64,000 nt of DNA from NCBI GenBank assembly GCA_040437565.1, contig JBDOQK010000019.1:1-64000 (forward strand), written 5' to 3'. Position 1 is the first letter of the stretch, and the number at the start of each line of letters is the position of its first letter. Positions 12,956 to 22,669 of this stretch are shown here, one piece after another. The notes below the pieces were generated by a model, which saw only the letters and a program-made list of their open reading frames with translations, had not been told where the DNA came from and ran no database searches. Source of the DNA: Albugo candida. Its lineage: Eukaryota. Position numbers and translations under genes: made by a program.

Positions 12956-13561
12956 ATGAACGAACGATGTGAGAAGTTCTGGGCTGACAGTCAATTCTTT
13001 ATGGCACAAGCACAAGGGAAAAAATCACCTGATAGGCAAGTTATTCACAGTAAAATAATGAAGGACTTGCATGTAATGTCACGTTTCCTTCAGAGGAATC
13101 AGACAGCTCGATTCAGTGAGGGAGCACAGCAGAAATTAGTTGACACAATCGCGGTGTATAATGCATATGAGAAGCAATTACGAAAAAGTGATCTACCTGA
13201 GAGTGGCAGGCTTCTTGGCGACCTGCAGCGAGTTATCAAGGACGCATTAGCAATGCCATTTACTGTTCTTAGTTCGAAACACAAGAAGAAGCTGTTGAAA
13301 TGGCATAATGAGTCTACCATTGATAGCGTGGAAGACACGACAAGCATTTCCAAACGTGCGAAATGGACCGTTTTGGATGTAGATGATGATGGGTTTCTCA
13401 CGTTGATGAGCGAGGAAAGCGGTGACATCGTGGAGAATTTCTCAGTGTCCAATAAAAGTGAACAGTTTCAGAAAATCAGGGAAGGATTGGATCGAGGTTC
13501 TGTATCCATTTTCACTGTGAATGCTTCGCTATTGAGCCAAGTAGAGGTTGAAGACGAGTAG
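12956..13561 (+). CDS. Hypothetical protein with a C-terminal eIF5A-like OB-fold segment
   Basis: Single ORF of about 201 aa from ATG 12956. The C-terminus WTVLDVDDDGFLTLMSEESGDIVENFSV...QKIREGLDRGSVSIFTV resembles the eIF5A C-domain. Confidence 0.7.
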   Translation: MNERCEKFWADSQFFMAQAQGKKSPDRQVIHSKIMKDLHVMSRFLQRNQTARFSEGAQQKLVDTIAVYNAYEKQLRKSDLPESGRLLGDLQRVIKDALAMPFTVLSSKHKKKLLKWHNESTIDSVEDTTSISKRAKWTVLDVDDDGFLTLMSEESGDIVENFSVSNKSEQFQKIREGLDRGSVSIFTVNASLLSQVEVEDE

Positions 13562-13612
13562 GTCAAAAGTGAATGACGTGTGGTAGCACCATGTTATGGC
13601 TACCTTGCGAGC

Positions 13613-13976
13613 TCAACCATGACGATAGACAAGAAATCCAATTTGTCCTAGAAAGAAATAAAGCAAGCTTACAGCTGTACTCAGTTGAAAGAAGCCCAGA
13701 TAATATGCACTTCTCAAACCATTTCACTTCATGAGTGACGAAAGATCCAAACGATTTGCCGACAATTACGTGCCATGCTCCAGGCTGCATTTGTTCCATC
13801 TCCTTTTTAATCTGTTCTGCGATTTCCGTGAATTGTAGCTTCTCTCCTTTGCACAAAGCTCGCAGAGCGTTGGAGGCGCTATTGGTGATCGCGTCCTCAA
13901 TTTCTTTACTTGAGTCATTATGGACAATTCGAATCGCGCCAATCATAACATCATCTCTCTTCTGCACTTTTGACAT
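13613..13976 (-). CDS. Dynein light chain type 1 (LC8 family, probably axonemal), 2 exons
   Basis: [11 protein letters not shown]...[18 protein letters not shown], then an intron, then [17 protein letters not shown]. Confidence 0.88.
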
Positions 13977-14294
13977 TTGTTGAATTGTTTGATTGTTTTG
14001 TCTTTAATGTGACGCTCCACGACACTTTGAACCGGTGCTTCAGATGTGAAAACAAAAAAAGAGCCACTAGTAACACAGTATCTGGTGGATCGACCAAGTT
14101 TTATTGTGCTTGGAATGAAATGACGAAGCATCCTTGGCTGGCAGCGTCTTCTGTTACTGTTGTAAAGTGTTGTAATTGAACTGAAACGCAATCTCTAGCC
14201 ACTAAGAAAGCAGTCAAATCCTCGACCTCGTGTGTTAATTAATTCTATTCATACATGCGATGTCTGATGTACCTTAAGTCGACTCATTACTTCT

Positions 14295-15905
14295 TCATAT
14301 TGATCCTGGTTTATTGAAAAACTGCCAAAAGCTTGTAAAGCGCTGGTACTGGGCGTGTCGTTTTAACAAGAGATGAAGGTCTACAAATCCATGTAGTTTT
14401 GCAATCATCAATGCGTTGCTACCAATATTTGTCTCATGAAAAACATCAGCTGATTTTCGAAGAAGCATCTTACAAACTTTGAGATTGCCCAGCTTCACAG
14501 CAAAATGCAGTGGCGTGATACCATTGATAGTTGTAACATTGACATCTGCACCCTTTGATAATAAATAAAAGATGATGTCAATATCGCCGGCAACGACTGC
14601 GGCATGCAAAGGATATGTCTGACGCAAGGAATGCATCGAAATATTGGCACCCAGTTCTACCAAGCACTTGACCGTTTCGACTTTTCCGTGACGACATGCA
14701 GCAATAAGAGGAGTTATACCCGCATCATTGCTGCAATCTACGTCGGCACCATTTTTAGCTAGAAAATGTACGATATCGGTGTGTCCCATACGTGCTGCAA
14801 CATGCAAGCAAGTTGTACCATCTTCGAGTGTGACATTACTGTCGCAATGGTAGAGAAGAATCAGTCTGGCAGCGTGAATATGACCAATACAGCATACGAT
14901 ATATAAGGATAGCTCCCAGCGACGTTTTTCCGACAGAAGTGAGATCTGTACTCCAGCAAACTGACTCCCGTAAATTCCAAGAAGATGAACACAAAAGTCT
15001 TTTAGAAAAGTCTCCGCCGTGCCGACTTTGAGTGGCTGAATATTCAGAGTTGGAAGCATTCCATACGAAGATTTTTCCAGTATACTTCCAGCGCAGCCCA
15101 TGCTTTCATTTTGTTCCGATGAGCTCACTGGCACTTTTAATAGCTCGAGTGAATTGATCCTTTGATTACTGTGTGATTGTGCAGAGCTCAGATCACATTC
15201 CATCAAATCTGAAGTAGCAAATGCACCAACGATTGCACATTTCTCTGATTCATGTTGACGTGAGCGATGCCAAGCAGTTAGTCGTAAAGGATGATACACT
15301 TTCACATCACCACTGCTTTCATGTGCAAGCTCGAGATATTGGTTCATGTTGAAGAAAACCATCCAAGCATGCATGATAGCGCATCTTTGGTTTCTGTAGG
15401 TTGCTTCCAGAATCGAGTCTGAAAACTCAGAAAAGAAATTCTGCAAGACAGTCAGAAACTTCATCAAAGCTGTACGACGTATTTGAAGAAGTTGCGTTCT
15501 TTCTCTTGGATTTGATGAAAACAATCGACGAGCTGGAAATGCTAGATTGATCAACTTCATATGAAGTTGATCAAATAGACACATTCTCACCGAGCGAGTT
15601 GATTTACATGTTAAAACGTTCTGGCAGTTGCAACTTGTAGCAACCATTCTCCTTGATCTGGAATAAAGTGAGGACGACGACGAAGTCCACAATCCATTGG
15701 TTGGTTTTGTTGCGCGCATCAATGTTTTGTAGAGCAAGCGGAACTCAGAGTAAGTACGTAGAATGGTGTATTGCGGCAACGCGTTGCTATGGGCAGTTGT
15801 ATCGTAGCTATTTACACTTTGCTCGACTAGGATCACGTAGTACGTCCGCCCATCTTGTTGAATCACTTCCGGAATATTGATTTTACAACTGTGACACCAG
15901 CTCAT
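14295..15905 (-). CDS. Degenerate PX-like domain plus ankyrin repeat protein
   Basis: N-terminal TYYVILV...ILRTYSEFRLLYKTL...FPARRLF...RRTALMKFL. About five ANK repeats (GTTCLHVAARMGH, GITPLIAACRHGK, TYPLHAAV, GITPLHFAVKLGN). Confidence 0.85.
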   Translation of the reverse strand: MSWCHSCKINIPEVIQQDGRTYYVILVEQSVNSYDTTAHSNALPQYTILRTYSEFRLLYKTLMRATKPTNGLWTSSSSSLYSRSRRMVATSCNCQNVLTCKSTRSVRMCLFDQLHMKLINLAFPARRLFSSNPRERTQLLQIRRTALMKFLTVLQNFFSEFSDSILEATYRNQRCAIMHAWMVFFNMNQYLELAHESSGDVKVYHPLRLTAWHRSRQHESEKCAIVGAFATSDLMECDLSSAQSHSNQRINSLELLKVPVSSSEQNESMGCAGSILEKSSYGMLPTLNIQPLKVGTAETFLKDFCVHLLGIYGSQFAGVQISLLSEKRRWELSLYIVCCIGHIHAARLILLYHCDSNVTLEDGTTCLHVAARMGHTDIVHFLAKNGADVDCSNDAGITPLIAACRHGKVETVKCLVELGANISMHSLRQTYPLHAAVVAGDIDIIFYLLSKGADVNVTTINGITPLHFAVKLGNLKVCKMLLRKSADVFHETNIGSNALMIAKLHGFVDLHLLLKRHAQYQRFTSFWQFFNKPGSI

Positions 15906-17115
15906 AATTGTAATGTATAAATAAGAAAGAATTCCTGCGACTTCAAGCTGTCGATTTTTGAGTATTTGATAGCTGCCTACACGAAGTTACCTACGATTAG
16001 GAGTGTTGGATGTCGAATGCTTCGAAGAAGGATTGGGACATGCTTGATGACTCATGTTTATAGGTGGAAGGTAAGATTAGGTTGCAAGAGTAAAGAAATT
16101 GCAAGAATGGGGGGCGGACTACTGCCAATTCTACCTCTACCCTACTTTCCACCTAAGCTTGGGTTCACGCAGAGCCAATCAAGTTNNNNNNNNNNNNNNN
16201 NNNNNNNNNNNNNNNNNNNNNNNNNNNNNNNNNNNNNNNNNNNNNNNNNNNNNNNNNNNNNNNNNNNNNNNNNNNNNNNNNNNNNGAGTGTTGGATGTCG
16301 AATGCTTCGAAGAAGGATTGGGACATGCTTGATGACTCATGTTTATAGGTGGAAGGTAAGATTAGGTTGCAAGAGTAAAGAAATTGCAAGAATGGGGGGC
16401 GGACTACTGCCAATTCTACCTCTACCCTACTTTCCACCTAAGCTTGGGTTCACGCAGAGCCAATCAAGTTAATTAACTGGCTTGGAACCCCGAAATAGAA
16501 TAAGCGCTCTCTCTGTAGCGATAATTCAGCTTTTTGGCGAATCGCCAGACCCTTCATATATTCCAGATTACAGCTGCATTCGGAGTTGTATCCATTGTTT
16601 ATGGACATGGCACACCACACGATATTATTGACAAGAATCAACCTTCGTTTAATTGAGACGACGTTACGTTCTCCATGCTAGAGCCACGTGTCCTCGATCT
16701 CTATTGATAAATAGTATACTATGTCAGGATCATCATGAAGAATACTGTGACTATATTAGGACAGTACTTTATCGCAAGTGGGCATTGATGGAATGAAAAC
16801 TAGTGATTTACTGTTAGTGACAAATTTGAATTCATTAAATAAGGTACCACCATCTCTTTTTTCAGCGCGAGATTTGTGTCAATAAGATAATTTGTACTCA
16901 AAGTAAACGGTTCAAGCCATGGCATGAACACATCAACGTCGAAAGTTGTTCTCAGCGAATGCAAGTTTGTCTATCAATCGGCTTACCTTTAAGTTTCGGT
17001 CCCTTTCAACTGGGTATGCATAAAATTGCACTAAAGAGTCGCGGTGACTTCTTGCTTCGCCTTTCTTTGGTCACGAGTGTGCAAGAGTGCTGATTTAGTG
17101 CTCTTTAGTTCCAAT

Positions 17116-17874
17116 ATGTTTTCCTCCCGGTGTCCTCGATTCCTTGTTAAAAGGCATTTAAGAATGTCGCGAATTCGCCAATCTAATACACCACAACTAG
17201 CGGAAAATAACACCAAAGAGCTACTAAATGAACTCAAATCAGTTCTCAACAACGCCGAGTCGCGAAAGGAGCTATCGAAGCACCTGCAAGCGAGCGACGT
17301 AGCGGACTTGCGTAGAATGCTGCGTGGTACACATAACAGAGTGCGTGAAGACAATTCAAAAGAGATACAATCGAATGGACATCATGAGATCTCCCCGCAA
17401 GTGTTGATGCTGATAGCAATCCAGCATGGTGTGCCATTTTTCGGATTCGGCTTTATTGATAACGCGATCATGATTCTTGCAGGAGATTCTATTGACATCA
17501 CACTTGGTGCCTCACTTGGTATATCATCCATGGCAGCAGCTGCTATCGGGAATATATTTGCCGATGTTTCTGGATTGGGTAAGGAACCGGCTACAAAATG
17601 TGATCATTGCTAAACCATCGCCTGTGAAGGCCTCAGCGGTATTATTGAAGACAAATCCGCCAAAATTGGAATTCGGGCTCCGCTTCTTTCATCCATGCAA
17701 GCATGTCAACCCTTATGTGATATCGAATGGTGAATCTAACAATTTGTGCCGTATTTGTAGTTACTTGACAAGCGAGCTCGATTCGCAAAAGTACTAGGAC
17801 GAACTATTGGCGTCACACTTGGATGTCTGCTAGGGATGCTACCACTTCTTTTTCTTGACACAAGATCGTACTGA
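17116..17874 (+). CDS. TMEM65: Transmembrane protein 65 homolog (mitochondrial), 3 exons
   Basis: VPFFGFGFIDNAIMILAGDSIDITLG..LGISSMAAAAIGNIFADVSGLG and GRTIGVTLGCLLGMLPLLF; basic, presequence-like N-terminus. Confidence 0.88.
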
Positions 17875-18228
17875 ATACAGCAATGCAGAAACCGCTTTCT
17901 CTATGCCTGTCGAAAACAAATGCATTGCTTACCGTTTGAAAGGGCTGAAAAAAACTGTGAATTCGTCACGAAATCGAGGACCAAGGCTTTCTTTTCTTGG
18001 TTCATGTATACATTTACCGTGAACTTTGCTTTACACATGTTCTTACAATTTACGGGGGCCCGGTACTCAGCCAAGAGGTCATCATATGGAGCCACTCATA
18101 ATTAAGTCTTCTAATAATGAGCTGCTATAAAAAGGCGCTGACAGCTAAATTTTTTTATCTGATATATAACCTCTGACACCGCTATACATAGCTTAGTCAA
18201 CTGATCGACGAAAAGGTTGCACTACAAA

Positions 18229-19499
18229 ATGGGATTCTGTTTGTCACGTTGTATTCCCGATGGTGACATGGCCGCTGAATTAGATGCGGAACTAGATGCA
18301 ACGAACGACAGCGTTGCTGACAGGAAAAACGGAAATGTGTTCTTCAGTAGCTCTCTACTTTCGGTACGCACATGTCTCTCACAATGAGCATTGAGTCATA
18401 CTCAATCGGCTGATGTAGGCAGAGGATGTCAAATGCCAAACAGTTATAGGAGAAGGCCCTAATGGAATAACGTACAAGGGATCATATCGAGGCAGTGTTG
18501 TGGCTGTAAAGAAGATGAAAATGTTATCCATTCCGGTGAAACAATCCGCAAAGGAAGCAATGGAGACGGCTTTAGAGATTGAAGCGACTCGAATGGGCAG
18601 GTCTGCTGACGTCCGAAGCGTACATTAGCAATATTTTCTCACAAGTGTACGATTTGTAGTTTGCGTCATCCCAACACTGTTCTTTTCATGGGCGCTTGTC
18701 TTGATGGAGATTATTTTTGTGTCGTTACCGAATACTGCACGCGGGGCTCACTATTCAACGTGCTGCATACCAGAAAAGACTCGCAAAAGCTATCGTTCAC
18801 ACACAAAGACACTCAGAATCATTATAAAGCAATTAATGATGATAGTAATAGTCAGAACAGAGCGAAGAAAGCAGTCAAGCTCAAGTCGGCTTTACGGCTA
18901 CGGTTGGCGCTTGGTGCGGCTCGAGGATTGCTATATTTGCATTTGGCTGACCCTCCACTTGTGCATGCTCAACTGAAAAGGTATTCACTAATAAGCATCA
19001 TATTGACCGTCTTCAAATTTTCCTATGTAGCACAAATATATTAGTTGATGATTCATGGAATGCAAAATTAGCAGATTTTGGAACTGGTCGAATAGCAGAT
19101 GCAGTTGGTTTTGATCCAAGGAATACATGCAGCGCTGATGTGGAACCGCCCTCGCTTCGCTGGACGGCTCCCGAGATTTTGAAGTACGGCGAAGAGCGCG
19201 TTTTGAGAGGAAAGCATTTGTCGGACGAATCCTGCCCACAAGCCGTTGACGTATACAGTTTTGGTATTATCTTATGGGAACTAATGACTGGGGAACTACC
19301 ATTTGCAGAGCTGAAAGCCAATAAAGAAATCGCTAGCGTTGTATTATCCGGTGAGCGTCCACCAGTCCCAAGCAAATGCTCTCTAGAATGGCAGGAATTG
19401 ATCACACGGTGTTGGTCAGCAAGGCCATCCAGGAGGCCTACTGCAGCAGATATCGTGTCAACATTGGAGAATTTCAACAAACAAGAGTCATCAAAGTAG
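18229..19499 (+). CDS. TKL-family protein kinase, probable pseudokinase (HRD replaced by HAQ), 4 exons
   Basis: GEGPNG, VAVKK, LRHPNTVLFMGAC, YLH..DPPLVHAQLKS/TNILV, ADFG, RWTAPE and DVYSFGIILWEL; N-terminal MGFCLSRC. Confidence 0.87.
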
Positions 19500-22400
19500 C
19501 AGCTTTCAAGAAACGCCAAGAAAGCTATCTGATTCAAGACACCATCAAAGCAACTGCTAGTACATCCACAGACGAACAGGTCGGGCGGATCTATTCGTAC
19601 GACGTATCACATCAACAAAAAACTACTGTAAATTTTAGAGTACATAGTGTTTCGGTAGATAGTTAGATTAGCATAGTCAAGTTTTCTTCATCAATAGACC
19701 TCAAGAATGACTTAGCTGCCCGTTATACCTGCTCTGAAGTCAGATTGATGAGCTATCATCAAAACAGCGTACGTTAATGTAAGTTTGAATGACTGCCATT
19801 ATAACAATACTTACACCTCCGGAATAGAATCTGGGTACGACCTGCAATTTATTACGTTGTATAATAGTTGGTGCACGGAACATTGCAGAATCATGTTGTT
19901 CGTATCGTACGCAAAAGAGCAACAACACGATGCCACATATTACCTATCTTTTCGCATTGTAAACTGTGAAATGAAGGTCAACTTTTGGCTAACAGAGATC
20001 CGCCTTCCATTCAATATTGAGCTAATAATTATTTTGGGTGACCAGGTATGCACCAATCAATTTGCAATCCAGCAAAACTTACCTTCAACTCATCTCACAG
20101 CGACTGCAACGCACACTGGGTGCTACCATCATCGTGTTTGATTGATAGCAGCACCTTTGGCATGTAGCACAGGAGGAAGGAAGCAACTACCAAATTTTAA
20201 GCAGCTAACACGACTCATTCGGTCATTTGCACTCAACCACAAATACCGTTCGAGTGTCCTACAAACCGCTCCAATTTCGAGCTCGCAGTGAGAAAATTCT
20301 GCCGAGATCATGATTGCTGGACTATTCGTCGTCAGAGGTAGCCTGCCCTTCGTACAAAAACGGATCTTGCACAAAAAGTTTTGTTACCTTTCGTCTGATT
20401 AGGTGATTACTGGTCTGGCTTGGAGATGCTTCATTGATGACGTCCAAGCTGATCTTCTATGTTATCGTTGTATACATTGTATACTAGGCGCGTTCGTAAT
20501 TTTGCCACTTTGATCTCGATTCTTTTTTGTTGAGATCCTTAACCCAACGTTATATTGTGAGTCAGCCTTTGTGTAGTGCTGTGGAACGGTACAGACTTTA
20601 TTTTTGAATGCGAGTACACAGTGCTAATGGCTAGAGCTTCCCTCGACTTATGATCCCTCCGCGATCTACCATTACTGCATAATCTTAATGTGCCTACGAT
20701 CGGGACGGAATATGATTTGCGCTATAGACGGTCACACTAAACTGGAGCGAAGGGGTCGTCTATAATTTGACTAGCGCTCATGTAAACCGACAATTGCAGC
20801 ATCCTACTTAGTATATTCGCGTTTGGTGCGCAGTTTTGGTGCTTCCAAAGGCAGCGCCACATAGAGACATTCAGCTGGCAGAAGGTATGTATCGGCCCGC
20901 AAATTAAGTACTATTTAGCTTTTTTTTTTAACTCTAAGATTATTGCTCTGATCACGACAACGGAAATGGCAATTACAAATGCAAATACAGATACAGTTCA
21001 ATCCAAATGTATAATGGCTGTGCTCAGTCTATTCTGCCAAGCCAAGCAGTTATAAGGAGAAGATCTACCATGTAGTGGAGTGAGGCAACTACTGTAAAAG
21101 GACTGTCGGCTGTCAAGAGCAAGACATATATCATCAACTGCCACATGTATGCTGATGAAACTTTTTGTGTATTATACCTTTATTAAAAATCGCATAGGCA
21201 TTCAAAGCAAGCCCAATTCTATCAATATAGCTCACCCCGCTCCCGGTGTTGGCAAAATTTTAATATCATATTGCCAGCCTGATCTCACCCAGAACACTTG
21301 CCATAGATATTATGAGCTCTCTCACCGCGCCATTGATGGCGACTCTTTTTCAAGTGAGACGACTCCTCTAACTGCACCACCTTATATTCTACTGATCTAA
21401 ATCAGATTGTGTGCATTCCGTTGAATTCCCACGCTTAGTGCCACCCTTCTCGCCGTACAAACCAGTGACAGATACGTGAGATTGGTCATTATGGTGCTAC
21501 TGAGAATTCTACAGCTATGACTTTCATAAAACATTGCTAGGTAGGATCATCGTCGCTCAGTGCTTCCATCGAGCCACTGGTGGGAACGTGAGCGAGACAA
21601 AGCACACCTAGGTACTGCAATCACACTGAACAACGAGTTAAGACTTTAGCGGACAGTTCCACCTTCTTTATCGACGTCGTAGCTGACTTCTCAAAACTTC
21701 AGACTTTGGTTATGAAGTGGATAAGTAACTTGCGCCGTGATGATATCCATTTGCTGTCCCCAATGCTCAATATTTGTGCATTTGAAAGTTTGATTTATTG
21801 GAGGTTCCTCTTTGTGTCTCCGAAATATGTGTTTCCCAATATGAGGCTGAGAGAGCGATTTTTGATGTTGAGATACTGCCTTCGCTCTTTGCGAAGACGC
21901 AGATCACTAATTACCACCTTAATTTCGATTCAAATTGCAGAAAGAGCATCAGCTATAAAGCTTCGATTAAGTGGAATTTATCCTGGATATGGATGTCGAG
22001 GTTGGATCAGATACGATAGCGATGAAAGCTTTATAGTCAGTATCCTGGTCGGAAGCACAATATATCCATTGCGAGATGAGTCATGGCCGGAGATTCGAGG
22101 CAAAGAGCTAGAGAGTGGACAAATCACTTCACAAGTCACATTTGGAATTGGATCGTCGTGTTTATGGCAATGGCGCAAACTTTATTTTATCAAGACAAGT
22201 TTTGCTAGCACAGTCGAGAAATGTCACCAAGTTACTGTGTGATGGATGAGAAGTATTTCATACCTAGAGAAGTGTTATCAGCACATGTTTGACGCCTTCC
22301 GTCATCCTCGGTCAAAAGCTGTATTTGGTCTTACATTCCGAAGTTGGATAATACTCAGAATCCAGCCCAAGCTTTTTTGCTATCTGTAGCATGTACCATT

Positions 22401-22669
22401 TGAAGCGATCTCTGAGATAGTGATTGCGCTCAGATCGAGCATAAACAACGTAGAAGAGAGAACTAAGGATCTGTACTTCAGAATATCAGACGATCCGGAT
22501 TGTATCACGCACATTATCGCCTACGGGAGCTTTTCATATCCATGACCTTGAGGTAAATCCTTTTAGAGATTGGAAGTATGCAACAGGCTGGAAATCATAA
22601 TCTAGTTTTGTTCTATTTGAGATATTAAATTGGTATCCCTAGAATCGAAGGTGCACCTGTCACGATCGC

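Noticed and set aside
15885-15905. CHxC motif (MSWCHSC) resembling Albugo CHxC/CCG effectors
   Set aside because: There is no signal peptide, the motif sits at the start of a cytosolic PX-like/ankyrin protein, and the paralog lacks it.
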